Origin: Firmicutes bacterium UBA3943
GTDB lineage: Bacteria; Bacillota; UBA4882; UBA10575; UBA3943
DNA: 64,000 nucleotides
NCBI GenBank assembly: GCA_002385625.1
Contig: DGDV01000021.1
Span: forward strand, 5,474-69,473
Direction: 5' to 3'
In this document: piece by piece, positions 51,601-61,547 of the stretch
Layout: each line of letters begins with the position of its first letter
Numbering within the stretch: position 1 is the first letter of the stretch
The notes under the pieces: generated by a model
What the model saw: only the letters and a program-made list of their open reading frames with translations
Databases searched by the model: none
What the model was told of the DNA's origin: nothing
Translations under genes and position numbers: made by a program

Positions 51601-51928
51601 GATGGCAGTCATCGGAGAAGAGGACTTAATCCGCGGTTACGGTCTCTTGGGCTTGGAGCTCTTTCCGGCGAAGGATAGTGAAGAAGGCCGGCGCATCCTT
51701 CAGCAACTGAAGGATGATAAGGAATTTGGCATTATCTTTATTACGGAATCCATCGCCCAGTCATTTGCCGCTGATGTGGCAGAATGGGGCAGCCGCCCCT
51801 TGCCAAGTATCGTTTATATACCAGGAACAGCTGGAAACGAGGGGTTTGCCCTCGAGCGTATCCGCCGGATCGTGGAGCGCGCGGTAGGAGCAGACATCTT
51901 GATGGGGAAAGAGGTCGGTAAGGCGTGA
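51587..51928 (+). CDS. ntpF: V-type ATPase subunit F
   Basis: 113 aa. [19 protein letters not shown]...IIFITE. GTG 51587 follows AAGGAGG. Confidence 0.88.
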   Translation: MATFKMAVIGEEDLIRGYGLLGLELFPAKDSEEGRRILQQLKDDKEFGIIFITESIAQSFAADVAEWGSRPLPSIVYIPGTAGNEGFALERIRRIVERAVGADILMGKEVGKA

Positions 51929-53685
51929 AAGAAGGGAAGATCGTTAAAGTCTCCGGGCCCTTGGTGGTCGCGGAAGGTATACCCAATGCCCGAATGTATG
52001 ATGTGGTCCGGGTCAGTAAGGAACGTTTGATCGGCGAGATCATTGAATTGCGCGGGGACCGCGCATCGATCCAGGTCTATGAAGAAACCACCGGACTTGG
52101 CCCGGGGGATCCGGTCTATTCCACCGGCGCGCCCCTCAGTGTGGAACTGGGTCCGGGTTTGATTGAAGCCATTTACGACGGCATTCAGCGTCCCCTGGAT
52201 GCCATTGCCGAACGCGGCGATCGCATTGCCCGGGGGATCGATCTGCCGGGACTCCGCCGGGATAAGAAGTGGCGGTTTGAGCCCAGGTTGCAGGAGGGCG
52301 CCTATGTGGTTGCCGGCGATATTCTTGGTGTTGTTCAAGAGACCATCATCGTTGAACATAGGATTATGGTACCCCCGGGTGTGGAAGGTAAATTGGTGAA
52401 GATCTTTGCCGGGGAGTTTACAGTGGAAGAGCCCATTGCCGTGGTGGAAACGGAGGAAGGCAACCGGGAGCTCACCATGATGCAGCGGTGGCCGGTGCGA
52501 CGGGGCAGACCATACAAGGAAAAACTCTTCCCGGACCGCATGATGTCCACAGGACAACGGATTATTGATACCTTTTTCCCTATTGCCCGGGGTGGTACAG
52601 CGGCAATTCCCGGACCCTTTGGCAGCGGGAAGACGGTGGTCCAGCACCAGTTGGCCAAATGGGCCGATGCGGATATCATTGTCTACGTCGGTTGCGGTGA
52701 ACGCGGTAATGAAATGACCGATGTTCTGATGGAGTTTCCTGAGTTGAAAGATCCCAAGACCGGTGAGGATTTGATGCGCCGGACGGTTTTGGTGGCCAAT
52801 ACTTCCGATATGCCGGTGGCGGCGCGGGAGGCTTCGATTTATACCGGGATCACCATTGCCGAATATTTCCGGGATATGGGCTACAATGTGGCGATTATGG
52901 CCGATTCCACCTCCCGCTGGGCCGAGGCGTTGCGGGAGATGTCGGGCCGGTTGGAAGAGATGCCCGGCGAAGAAGGTTACCCGGCGTACCTGGGTTCCCG
53001 TCTGGCCGACTACTATGAACGGGCTGGCCGGGTGCGCTGTTTGGGCAGCGAGGAGAGGGAAGGCTCCATCACAGCGGTGGGTGCGGTTTCCCCGCCCGGT
53101 GGCGACCTGTCGGAACCGGTTACCCAAGCCACCCTCCGGATTGTCAAGGTCTTCTGGGGATTGGATTCTTCCCTGGCGTACCGGCGGCATTTCCCGGCGA
53201 TTAACTGGTTGAACAGCTATTCGTTATATAACGAACGCTTGCGGGAATATTTTGAACAGGCGATTGGCGAGGAGTGGACACAGCTGCGGAGCCGCGCCAT
53301 GCGGATCTTGCAACAAGAAGCCGAGTTGGAAGAGATCGTCCGGCTGGTGGGGATGGATGCGCTGTCACCGCGGGATCAGCTCACCATGGAAGTAGCCAGG
53401 TCTATCCGGGAAGACTACCTGCACCAAAACGCCTTCCACGAAATTGATACATATACCTCCATCCAAAAACAACTGGCTCTGCTCAAGGCGGTGTTGGCCT
53501 TTGAGGACGCCGGGGTGAAACTCCTGGAGAAGGGTAGAACAATTGGGGAGATCCTGGGGTTGCCCATCCGCGAACGGATCGCCAAAGCCAAATATGTGCC
53601 TGAGGATCAGATTGAGACGATCAATAGCCTCACCAATGAGATTTTGGCGCTGGCTGAAGAAGAAGTCGCCATGGAGGTGGGCTGA
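51925..53685 (+). CDS. ntpA: V-type ATPase catalytic subunit A
   Basis: 586 aa. [16 protein letters not shown]-loop [16 protein letters not shown]. Confidence 0.96.
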   Translation: MKEGKIVKVSGPLVVAEGIPNARMYDVVRVSKERLIGEIIELRGDRASIQVYEETTGLGPGDPVYSTGAPLSVELGPGLIEAIYDGIQRPLDAIAERGDRIARGIDLPGLRRDKKWRFEPRLQEGAYVVAGDILGVVQETIIVEHRIMVPPGVEGKLVKIFAGEFTVEEPIAVVETEEGNRELTMMQRWPVRRGRPYKEKLFPDRMMSTGQRIIDTFFPIARGGTAAIPGPFGSGKTVVQHQLAKWADADIIVYVGCGERGNEMTDVLMEFPELKDPKTGEDLMRRTVLVANTSDMPVAAREASIYTGITIAEYFRDMGYNVAIMADSTSRWAEALREMSGRLEEMPGEEGYPAYLGSRLADYYERAGRVRCLGSEEREGSITAVGAVSPPGGDLSEPVTQATLRIVKVFWGLDSSLAYRRHFPAINWLNSYSLYNERLREYFEQAIGEEWTQLRSRAMRILQQEAELEEIVRLVGMDALSPRDQLTMEVARSIREDYLHQNAFHEIDTYTSIQKQLALLKAVLAFEDAGVKLLEKGRTIGEILGLPIRERIAKAKYVPEDQIETINSLTNEILALAEEEVAMEVG

Positions 53686-53687
53686 GG

Positions 53688-55061
53688 ATGCACAAGGAAT
53701 ACCGTACGGTCAAAGAAGTGGTTGGGCCACTGATGTTGGTGGACCAGGTCACAGAGGTAAAATATGGTGAGTTAGTGGAGATCGAGGTAGGGAAGGAAAT
53801 CCGCCATGGGCAGGTCCTGGAGGCCAACGGCGACAAAGCCTTGGTTCAGCTCTTTGAGGGATCGACCGGTTTGAATCTCTTCGGCAGTAAAGTACGCTTT
53901 CTTGGCCGGAGTATGCAGATTGGGGTTTCCCCGGATGTGCTTGGCCGGGTCTTTGACGGGATGGGCCGTCCCAAAGATAATGGGCCGGAGATCATCCCCG
54001 ACCGCCGGGTGGATGTGAACGGCAGCCCGATTAACCCATATAAACGGGATTACCCGTCCCAGTTTATCCAGACAGGGATCTCCGCGATTGACGGTTTAAA
54101 TACCTTGGTACGCGGGCAGAAGCTGCCGATCTTTTCCGCGTCGGGCCTGCCCCACGCCCAACTGGCGGCGCAGATCGCCCGGCAGGCTAAGGTCTTGGGG
54201 GACGATGAAAAGTTTGCGGTGGTCTTTGGTGCCATGGGTATTACCTTCGAAGAAGCCGAGTATTTCATAGGTGACTTTCGCCGGACCGGCGCCATTGAAC
54301 GGGCGGTTCTCTTTATGAACCTGGCTAATGACCCGGCGATTGAGCGGATCTCCACGCCGCGGATGGCCCTCTCGGTCGCCGAGTATCTGGCCTTTGACTT
54401 GGATATGCATGTGTTGGTCATCCTGACGGATATGACCAACTACGCCGAGGCGCTGCGGGAGATCTCCGCCGCCCGCCGGGAGGTGCCAGGCCGCCGTGGT
54501 TATCCCGGTTATCTTTACACTGACCTCGCCACCATTTATGAGCGGGCGGGCCGGATCAAGGGGAAGAAGGGCTCCATCACCCAGATCCCCATCCTTTCCA
54601 TGCCTGAAGATGATAAGACCCATCCCATCCCCGATCTGACGGGGTACATCACCGAGGGACAGATCATTCTCAGCCGGGAGTTGCACCGCAAGGGCATTTA
54701 TCCACCGATTGATGTGTTGCCCTCCCTGTCGCGGCTGAAGGATAAAGGGATTGGGCAAGGCAAGACTCGGGAAGATCATGCTGATACCATGAATCAGCTG
54801 TTTGCGGCCTATGCCAGGGGGAAAGAGGCCAAGGACCTGGCGGTGATCCTCGGTGAAGCGGCCTTGACCGAGCTTGATAAAAAGTTTGCCAAGTTTGCCG
54901 ATGCCTTTGAGGACCGCTACGTCCGGCAGGGCTTCGAAGAGAACCGGAGTATCGAGGAGACCCTGCGGATTGGTTGGGAGCTCCTGACACTGATCCCGCG
55001 GAGTGAGTTGAAACGGATCCGTGAGGAATACATTGAGAAATACTTGCCTAAGGCGGAGTAG
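53688..55061 (+). CDS. ntpB: V-type ATPase subunit B
   Basis: 457 aa. [16 protein letters not shown]...[10 protein letters not shown]...[22 protein letters not shown]. Confidence 0.96.
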   Translation: MHKEYRTVKEVVGPLMLVDQVTEVKYGELVEIEVGKEIRHGQVLEANGDKALVQLFEGSTGLNLFGSKVRFLGRSMQIGVSPDVLGRVFDGMGRPKDNGPEIIPDRRVDVNGSPINPYKRDYPSQFIQTGISAIDGLNTLVRGQKLPIFSASGLPHAQLAAQIARQAKVLGDDEKFAVVFGAMGITFEEAEYFIGDFRRTGAIERAVLFMNLANDPAIERISTPRMALSVAEYLAFDLDMHVLVILTDMTNYAEALREISAARREVPGRRGYPGYLYTDLATIYERAGRIKGKKGSITQIPILSMPEDDKTHPIPDLTGYITEGQIILSRELHRKGIYPPIDVLPSLSRLKDKGIGQGKTREDHADTMNQLFAAYARGKEAKDLAVILGEAALTELDKKFAKFADAFEDRYVRQGFEENRSIEETLRIGWELLTLIPRSELKRIREEYIEKYLPKAE

Positions 55062-55133
55062 CCTCTTTTTTGCTCTTGCCGGAAGGCAAAAGGGGCAAGG
55101 GGAAGGTACCGACCCAAAACCGGGGGTGAGACC

Positions 55134-55754
55134 ATGGAGATCCGGGTGAATCCCACCCGCATGGAGTTGACAAGACTCAAGAAACGACTGGCCGTGGCAG
55201 TCCGGGGCCATAAGTTGTTAAAGGATAAACTAGACGAATTGATGAAGAACTTCTTTGACCTTGTGGAAGAAAACCGCCGGTTGCGTGAACGGGTGGAAGC
55301 GGAACTGGCGCTGGCCAATGGCGGTTTTGCCATGGCAAGGGCGATCATGTCCCGTGAGGTGCTGGAGGCAGCGATTATTACCTCACGGGGCCGCGCCGTC
55401 CTGGAAGCAAAGACGCAATCCAGAATGAATGTGGAGGTTCCCGTCTTTAAATTAGCGATGGAGCAGGCCAACGGCTATGGTTTTGGGCTGACAGAGACCT
55501 CCGGCGAATTGGATGAGGCTGTCCGGTCATTGGCGGAGACCTTTGCCTCCCTAGTGCAGTTGGCCCAGGTGGAAAAGACGGTGGAGCTGATGGCTGCGGA
55601 GATTGAGCGGACCAGGCGGCGGGTGAATGCCCTGGAGCATGTCCTGATCCCGCAACTTAGGGAGAAAGCCAAATTTATCACCATGAAACTGGATGAGAAC
55701 GAACGGGGTAACCTGACCCGTTTAATGAAGGTTAAAGAAATGGTCCGCCAGTAG
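55134..55754 (+). CDS. ntpD: V-type ATPase subunit D
   Basis: 206 aa. VNPTRMELTRLKKRL...RRVNALEHVLIP. Confidence 0.93.
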   Translation: MEIRVNPTRMELTRLKKRLAVAVRGHKLLKDKLDELMKNFFDLVEENRRLRERVEAELALANGGFAMARAIMSREVLEAAIITSRGRAVLEAKTQSRMNVEVPVFKLAMEQANGYGFGLTETSGELDEAVRSLAETFASLVQLAQVEKTVELMAAEIERTRRRVNALEHVLIPQLREKAKFITMKLDENERGNLTRLMKVKEMVRQ

Positions 55755-55769
55755 AGAATTAACCGCAAA

Positions 55770-55800
55770 AAAGCCGGAAGCTCATGCTCCCGGCTTTGCC
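55770..55800 (+). terminator. candidate terminator after ntpD
   Basis: AAAGCCGG (55770-77) pairs with CCGGCTTT (55790-97). The U-tract is short, so only moderate confidence. Confidence 0.5.
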
Positions 55801-56055
55801 GTATATGCTTATAATTTAAAGGTTGATATGGTTGGTGGCCCGTTCATCGCTTCTCCTGTGCATTTTGAGAAGTTGCATCGCTTTCTTTGCCAATCCAATT
55901 GGTGGATATTCATAACTTTATTCAGTTAGATGAGGTAATAAAATATATTTAATCATATGTTAACGGATTATTCATAATTACCAAAGAAGATTTGCAATAA
56001 ATGTGCCGAATAATAAAACAGGGATTACACTTGGTTAGTTGAAGGAAGTGGTTGG

Positions 56056-56274
56056 GTGAAACGTCATTTTGAAGGCAGGGAAGAGATTTATAATCCACAA
56101 ACCGGAGAGACGGTGGAGGTCTACGTTTATTATGAGTACATACCCGGTCGGGTGGGAAACTACCGTGCCGAATTGGCCAAAGAGGTGACCGGATCTTCTC
56201 TTTATGGTGAGGGCGATACTTATGAAGAAGCGGTGGAACGCCTGAGTCGTAAACTTTTGATATTAGCTTCCTAG
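56056..56274 (+). CDS. small HicB-like (UPF0150-fold) protein, orphan
   Basis: 72 aa. ...YRAELAKEVTGSSLYGEGDTYEEAVERLSRKL resembles the HicB N-domain G-x-G-x-T-x-EEA motif. GTG start with a weak RBS. No hicA is adjacent. Confidence 0.45.
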   Translation: MKRHFEGREEIYNPQTGETVEVYVYYEYIPGRVGNYRAELAKEVTGSSLYGEGDTYEEAVERLSRKLLILAS

Positions 56275-56275
56275 C

Positions 56276-56299
56276 AGTCCCTGGTGGGACTAATTTTTT
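56276..56299 (+). terminator. intrinsic terminator
   Basis: AGTCCC (56276-81), loop TGGT, GGGACT (56286-91), then AATTTTTT. Confidence 0.7.
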
Positions 56300-56304
56300 A
56301 AGTA

Positions 56305-56333
56305 AAAAAACAGGATTTTTATCCTGTTTTGTT
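56305..56333. terminator. bidirectional hairpin terminator (serves tRNA-Pro on the minus strand)
   Basis: The stem ACAGGAT (56310-16)/ATCCTGT (56321-27) is flanked by an A-run on one side and a T-run on the other. Confidence 0.65.
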
Positions 56334-56341
56334 TGTTTTAA

Positions 56342-56418
56342 TGGTCGGGGTGAGAGGATTTGAACCTCCGACCTTTCGGTCCCGAACCGAACGCTCTACC
56401 AAGCTGAGCCACACCCCG
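56342..56418 (-). tRNA. tRNA-Pro (anticodon CGG)
   Basis: The reverse complement folds as a cloverleaf: acceptor CGGGGTG/CACCCCG, D arm GCTC..GAGC, anticodon stem TTCGG/CCGAA with loop TTCGGGA, T arm GGAGG-TTCAAAT-CCTCT, encoded CCA. Confidence 0.93.
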
Positions 56419-56477
56419 ATACGTACTAGCTGTAAGACCGATAAGTTAAGAGCAAAGGAAAAACAGCAGCAAATATA

Positions 56478-56506
56478 AGTATAGCAGAGGTATAATCATT
56501 TGTCAA
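56478..56506 (-). promoter_or_regulatory. promoter for tRNA-Pro
   Basis: On the minus strand: TTGACA (56506-01), 17 bp, TATACT (56483-78). Confidence 0.6.
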
Positions 56507-56654
56507 AAGAAAAGTGATGCTGGCCCAAAATGCTCCACCAAGCAGGAATAGCAGGTAGAAATGGGGAATTCTTGCATTACCCTAAATTGTACTATATTTG
56601 TTTGCAGCACGCTTTCCAAGTTTGCATGGTACAATTAATAAGGAGGTAATGCGG

Positions 56655-58253
56655 GTGCAAGTGACGTTTTGCGGCGCTGCCGGTTCGGTGACAGGCTCTT
56701 GCTTCTGGATTAAAACGGAAAACATGGAGTTTTTGGTGGACTGTGGCATGTTTCAAGGTTCTAAAGAGGAACGGGAGAAAAACCGGCGTGAATTTTTGTT
56801 TAACCCCGGCAACATCCGCTATGTGCTTTTAACCCATGCCCACATTGACCATTCCGGTTTGATCCCCCGCCTGTACCTGCAAGGGTTTAAGGGCGAGGTG
56901 CTCTGTACCCATGCCACAAAGGACTTGGCCGGTGTGATGCTGCCCGATTCCGGCCATATCCAGGAGATGGAGGCCGAGTGGCGGAGCAGGAAGAAGGCCC
57001 GGCTTGGCGAACCGCCGGTTGAACCCTTATATACTGCAGCAGAAGCCGTCCAATGTTTACAACACTTTGCATCCGTAGGTTATGGCGAGATTTTTGAGTT
57101 GGGCCCGGGGGTGAGGGTCCGCTTCTCCGATGCCGGCCATATCTTTGGCTCAGCCATCATCGAGGTTTGGGTGGAGGAGAAGGGTGAGACCACTAAGTTG
57201 GTCTTTTCGGGTGATCTTGGCCAGGCTAATCAGCCCATTATCCGCAACCCACAACTGATTGAGAATGCCGATGTGGTCTTCATTGAGTCCACCTATGGCG
57301 CAAGAAAACATGAGAATAAAGAGGACCGGGTGGAGCGGCTGCGGGAGATCATCATTGAAAGCGTTGCTTCCGGTGGAAACCTGATCATTCCTTCCTTTGC
57401 CGTTGGTCGTACCCAGGATCTGCTTTATCATATCAACCTTTTGCTTAAAGAGGGGAAGATTCCTGCCCTGCCTGTTTATATCGACTCGCCTATGGCGGTA
57501 TCGGCTACGGAGATCTTCCGGAACCACAATGAGTGTTTTGATTGGGAGACTGTACAGCTGCTCCGGGCGGGGGACAGCCCCTTTGAATTTCCGACATTAC
57601 ATTACGTCCGCCAGGTGGAGGAATCCCGTGCCTTGAACGAAAATGCCAGGGGTTCGATTATTATCTCCGCCAGTGGAATGTGCGAGGCCGGGCGGATTTT
57701 GCACCATCTCAAGCATAATCTGTGGCGGCCGGAATCCCATGTACTCTTTGTCGGTTACCAAGCTGCCGGGACACTGGGCCGTCGCTTGCTGGAGGGCGCT
57801 AAGGTGGTTAAGCTCTTTGGCGAGGAGATCCGGGTGCAGGCGAAGATCCACAATATCGATGGTTTTTCGGCCCACGCGGATCAGGATGGGCTTTTGCAGT
57901 GGCTGAAGGGCTTTACGAAGCGGCCCGGCCAGATCTATCTGGTGCACGGGGAAGAAGAAACGATGGAAGAGTGGGCCCCCATCGTGCAACGGGAGATTGG
58001 AATTGCACCGGTGGTTCCCGCCTGGGGGGACAGTTATGAATTGCGGGGTTATCACGCAACGCTGGTGCAGACCATGCAAGAAACTACTGATCAAAAACGC
58101 GCTTTACTGCGCATGTTGAAGAATGTGGAATTTGACTATCTCAATTTGAAGAACTATGTGCATCAGCAGATCGATCAGATGGATGACGCGGCCATCGAAA
58201 AACTGGCGAAGCAATTGCGGGATCTGCAAGCGAAAATTCGTAAAGTCGGCTGA
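56655..58253 (+). CDS. MBL-fold beta-CASP ribonuclease-like hydrolase (CPSF73/RNase J superfamily)
   Basis: HAHIDHSG motif. Reads VTFCGAAGSVTGSC...VDCGMFQG. C-terminal GFSAHADQDGL...LVHGE. The likely start is GTG 56655 after AAGGAGG. Confidence 0.85.
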   Translation: MQVTFCGAAGSVTGSCFWIKTENMEFLVDCGMFQGSKEEREKNRREFLFNPGNIRYVLLTHAHIDHSGLIPRLYLQGFKGEVLCTHATKDLAGVMLPDSGHIQEMEAEWRSRKKARLGEPPVEPLYTAAEAVQCLQHFASVGYGEIFELGPGVRVRFSDAGHIFGSAIIEVWVEEKGETTKLVFSGDLGQANQPIIRNPQLIENADVVFIESTYGARKHENKEDRVERLREIIIESVASGGNLIIPSFAVGRTQDLLYHINLLLKEGKIPALPVYIDSPMAVSATEIFRNHNECFDWETVQLLRAGDSPFEFPTLHYVRQVEESRALNENARGSIIISASGMCEAGRILHHLKHNLWRPESHVLFVGYQAAGTLGRRLLEGAKVVKLFGEEIRVQAKIHNIDGFSAHADQDGLLQWLKGFTKRPGQIYLVHGEEETMEEWAPIVQREIGIAPVVPAWGDSYELRGYHATLVQTMQETTDQKRALLRMLKNVEFDYLNLKNYVHQQIDQMDDAAIEKLAKQLRDLQAKIRKVG

Positions 58254-58384
58254 TTTGTTTAACACTCTTCCCCGAAACCGTCATACAATAGACCAGGCAA
58301 AGCGGGAAGCCAAAACCGCATATTAGCCGGTATGAGCCGGCGGTTCTGCGGCAAAAGACCGACGGGGATTCGGGAGGGGTTGCC

Positions 58385-58741
58385 TTGGGCCGGATAGCAC
58401 ATTTAATTGCTGATCTCTATTTTGTAGGTGCAGCAAACCCCTTGGCGGACTGTGCAAGTTTGCAAAACATCTTCCGGAGTGTGCTGCCAGCAACCGGCGA
58501 TTATCGGCCCCGGCTCCATATATTCGAAGGCAGCCAGGGCGGATGGTACGGTTTTGGCATCTTGGAGGGGGGCAGAATTAGCTTTCAAACCGTTCCGCCC
58601 CTAGAATTTATGGCCCTGGAGATTGTGGCCTTCAATCGTTCCTTTGATCCCAGGACCCTGAATGAACAATTGGTGACGTTACTGGCCCCCTCTTTGGTGA
58701 CTGTTGATGTTTTCTCCCGGGGCCATCATTTGACGGGCTAA
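58385..58741 (+). CDS. S-adenosylmethionine decarboxylase-fold protein lacking the catalytic residues
   Basis: 118 aa, colinear with bacterial SpeH/SpeD class 1. The self-processing ES site reads EG (GILEGGRISF), and the His/Cys equivalents are also substituted. Confidence 0.6.
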   Translation: MGRIAHLIADLYFVGAANPLADCASLQNIFRSVLPATGDYRPRLHIFEGSQGGWYGFGILEGGRISFQTVPPLEFMALEIVAFNRSFDPRTLNEQLVTLLAPSLVTVDVFSRGHHLTG

Positions 58742-58862
58742 TCCTCCAAAAGCTTCTTTGTGGACAAGCAGGAGAAAAGCTTGGGAGATGGAAATCATAA
58801 CTTTGTAGAAAAGATGCTCGGGTTAAAGTGGCAATGAGCGCAAGGACGGCAAAGGAGATGAT

Positions 58863-59822
58863 TTGATGGCAGGGCGGAAAGATAAACGGACCAAGGTTGT
58901 TGTCATCGGGACGGGCATGGTCGGTTCCACCTTTGCTTATAGTTTAATGATCAATGGCGTTGCGTCGGAGATTGTTTTGATCGATGCCAATGAAGAACGG
59001 GCTGCCAGTGAAGTGGCGGACTTAAATCACGGACTGCCCTTTGTCCGGCCGGCGGTTATCCGCACGGGCGAGTATGCCGACTGTGCCGATGCGGATGTTA
59101 TTGTTATCACGGCCGGAGCAGCGCAGAGGCCGGGAGAGACCCGGCTGGATTTGGTTGGCCGCAATGTCAAGATCTTTGAGGATATTATCCCGAGGATTGT
59201 GGCCAGCGGTACCCATGGGGTGTTGGTGATTGCCTCTAATCCCGTGGATGTGATGACCTATGTTACATACAAGATCTCCGGTTTCCCGGCCAACCAGGTG
59301 ATTGGTTCCGGAACGGTCCTGGATACTTCCCGTTTCCGGTATTTGTTGAGCCGCCACTGTGGGGTGGATCCCAGCAATGTCCATGCCTACATCATCGGTG
59401 AGCATGGCGATAGCGAGGTGGCGGTTTGGAGCCTGGCCAACATTGCGGGACTCCGGTTCAGTGAGTATTGCCCGATTTGTGGACATGACTGTGGTCCGTT
59501 GCGCAAAGAGGACATTTTTGAGCAGGTGCGGACAGCGGCCTATCCTATCATTAAGGCAAAAGGCGCCACCTACTATGCCATCGGCTTGGCCTTGGTCCAG
59601 ATTGTGGAGACCATTCTCCGGGACGAGCATTCGGTGCTGACGGTCTCCTCGTTATTACAGGGTGAATACGGCTTGGAGAATGTCTGCCTGTCCCTGCCAT
59701 CCCTTGTGAATAGGCACGGGGTAGCCAAAAAACTGCTGATTTCCTTGAACGAAAAGGAAGAAGAAGGATTGCGCAACTCCGCCCGGGTGTTGCAGGAAGT
59801 AATCAAAGCCGTAGGCTACTGA
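58863..59822 (+). CDS. ldh: L-lactate dehydrogenase
   Basis: VVVIGTGMVGSTFAYS, ...ITAGAAQRPGETRLDL..., IIGEHGDSEVAVWS. 319 aa. Confidence 0.93.
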   Translation: MMAGRKDKRTKVVVIGTGMVGSTFAYSLMINGVASEIVLIDANEERAASEVADLNHGLPFVRPAVIRTGEYADCADADVIVITAGAAQRPGETRLDLVGRNVKIFEDIIPRIVASGTHGVLVIASNPVDVMTYVTYKISGFPANQVIGSGTVLDTSRFRYLLSRHCGVDPSNVHAYIIGEHGDSEVAVWSLANIAGLRFSEYCPICGHDCGPLRKEDIFEQVRTAAYPIIKAKGATYYAIGLALVQIVETILRDEHSVLTVSSLLQGEYGLENVCLSLPSLVNRHGVAKKLLISLNEKEEEGLRNSARVLQEVIKAVGY

Positions 59823-59862
59823 CGCTAGGGTCGGAACGGAGCTTGTTTGCAGGAGGGTGGCC

Positions 59863-60303
59863 ATGGCGGAAGTGGAGATTTATACAGACGGGGCATGCAG
59901 CGGGAACCCAGGCCCCGGCGGGTGGGGGGCGGTGCTGCTGGCTAAGGGGCAGCGTAAGGAGTTGTCCGGCGCCGAGCCGCAGACCACTAACCAACGGATG
60001 GAGTTGACTGCGGCCATTGGCGCCCTTTCGGCCTTGAAACGCCCATGTCAAGTCCGGCTCTACTCGGACAGCGCTTATTTGATCAATGCCTTTAAACAGC
60101 GGTGGTTTGACCGCTGGCAGCAGAACGGCTGGCGGAACAGTAAAGGACAAGCCGTGGAGAACCAGGACTTGTGGCAGGAATTGCTGCGCCTGGCGGCCAT
60201 ACACCGGATTGAATGGGTTAAGGTCAAGGGGCATGCGGATAATGTGGAGAATAACAGGTGCGATGCCCTGGCCCGCCAAGCAATTGCGGATTTAAACCCA
60301 TAG
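59863..60303 (+). CDS. rnhA: ribonuclease HI
   Basis: VEIYTDGACSGNPGPGGWG...TNQRMEL...DSAYLIN...KGHADNVENNRCDALA. ATG 59863 follows GGAGGG. Confidence 0.92.
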   Translation: MAEVEIYTDGACSGNPGPGGWGAVLLAKGQRKELSGAEPQTTNQRMELTAAIGALSALKRPCQVRLYSDSAYLINAFKQRWFDRWQQNGWRNSKGQAVENQDLWQELLRLAAIHRIEWVKVKGHADNVENNRCDALARQAIADLNP

Positions 60304-60337
60304 ATCAGGTTTTTGGTTCAAAGGATTTTTCTGCCTC

Positions 60338-60366
60338 TTGACTTCACCCAAAGACGAAGGTATAAT
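60338..60366 (+). promoter_or_regulatory. promoter for the tRNA-Gln/tRNA-Glu pair
   Basis: TTGACT (60338-43), 17 bp, TATAAT (60361-66), 18 nt upstream of tRNA-Gln. Confidence 0.7.
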
Positions 60367-60383
60367 TAATAATGCTTCGGTAC

Positions 60384-60457
60384 TGGGGGATCGTCTAGTG
60401 GTAGGACGACGGGTTCTGGCCCCGTTAGCGAGGGTTCGAGTCCTTCTCCCCCAGCCA
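60384..60457 (+). tRNA. tRNA-Gln (anticodon CTG)
   Basis: Acceptor TGGGGGA/TCCCCCA, anticodon stem ACGGG/CCCGT with loop TTCTGGC, T arm GAGGG-TTCGAGT-CCTTC, encoded CCA. Confidence 0.92.
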
Positions 60458-60554
60458 ATATATGAAAGTTTGAAGTTAAAAGGGAAAAGAGAATAATACT
60501 AAGCAATTGTAGTGTTTACCTCTTTTCACTTTACACTTTTCACTTTAATCAAAC

Positions 60555-60630
60555 GGTCCTATCGTCTAGAGGCCTAGGACACCGCCCTCTCACGGCGGAG
60601 ACACGGGTTCGAATCCCGTTAGGACTACCA
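60555..60630 (+). tRNA. tRNA-Glu (anticodon CTC)
   Basis: GGTCCTATCGTCTAGAGGCCTAGGACA, anticodon stem CCGCC/GGCGG with loop CTCTCAC, T arm ACGGG-TTCGAAT-CCCGT, encoded CCA. Confidence 0.92.
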
Positions 60631-60640
60631 AAATATTAAA

Positions 60641-60665
60641 CCAGCGTAATGCTGGGTTTTTGTTT
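60641..60665 (+). terminator. intrinsic terminator after the tRNA pair
   Basis: CCAGC (60641-45), loop GTAAT, GCTGG (60651-55), then GTTTTTGTTTT. Confidence 0.7.
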
Positions 60666-60789
60666 TATCTGGGTAGTTTAAGTTAGTCCACTTTGGTAAC
60701 AGAAAAGTGGTTGTGAAAATCCTATCTCTTCTGGTCTTTTTATGAAAGAAAGAATGATATTAAGTATACCGCCTATCGATATGTAGCGG

Positions 60790-61245
60790 TTACTGGATCT
60801 GATGATCATCCGGAACGATCTTCGGTTTGAATCCCCGCCGGCCGGCCGTTTCAGCTTTGGGGATCCGCAACTCCAACACGCCGTTTTTATAATGGGCCAC
60901 CGCTTGATCGGGCTTAATCTCGATCGGCAGGGGGATAGTTCGGTAAAAACTGCCGTAGCGCCGTTCCATTAGGTGATAGCCTTTTTCCTCGCGGTTCTGC
61001 TCTCGCTTGGTTTCGCCTTTGAGGATCACTAGATTTTCATCGACGGTGATATCCAGATCTTCCTGGTTTACCCCCGGAATATCGGCATGAAGAATGATTT
61101 CCTGCTCCGTTTCCTTCAAATCAATCGATGGCCCCAAATTGCCGGTTCGAAAAAAGTCGTTAAAGGCTCTGGGCATCAACTGGTTAAAGAACCTATCGTC
61201 CCAAAAGTTATTATTGAACGGACTAAACCAATTCTTGCTTTCCAT
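60790..61245 (-). CDS. Hsp20/alpha-crystallin family small heat-shock protein
   Basis: 151 aa. ...PSIDLKETEQEIILHADIPGVNQEDLDITVDENLVILKGE...YGSFYRTIPLP...NGVLELRIPK. Confidence 0.92.
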   Translation of the reverse strand: MESKNWFSPFNNNFWDDRFFNQLMPRAFNDFFRTGNLGPSIDLKETEQEIILHADIPGVNQEDLDITVDENLVILKGETKREQNREEKGYHLMERRYGSFYRTIPLPIEIKPDQAVAHYKNGVLELRIPKAETAGRRGFKPKIVPDDHQIQ

Positions 61246-61547
61246 AGCTTTACCCCCTATTTTATAACTAACTATATTATCCCCATTAAAATATTGTTAA
61301 TTACCTCCTACGTTTAAGATCAGGACAAAATCATACCGTGGTATCGTGGACTATATCCATCTAACCTAGGGTCAATTAAGGGAACACATCGACCGGGTAG
61401 GAAAGACGATCTTTAGCCGGGATTAAATTGTTAAAATTTGTATTCGAATCAATATAAAAGAAGGTATTTAGAAAAATATCTAGAATTTACCAAAACACAA
61501 AATCATGCGATTAAACAAAGATTAAGTTTGGGGAGGATGAGCGGGTA

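Noticed and set aside
51814-53190. 458-aa ORF on the minus strand
   Set aside because: It is entirely antisense to the strongly conserved ntpA gene and has a low-complexity Gly/Pro/Arg-rich translation with no RBS. It is a typical shadow ORF.
54096-55211. 371-aa ORF on the minus strand
   Set aside because: It is antisense to ntpB/ntpD with no start-site signals. It is a shadow ORF.
60522-60547. 12-nt direct repeat CTTTTCACTTTA x2 between tRNA-Gln and tRNA-Glu
   Set aside because: It is too short and has only two copies. It is not CRISPR-like and is probably spacer sequence or a processing-site duplication.
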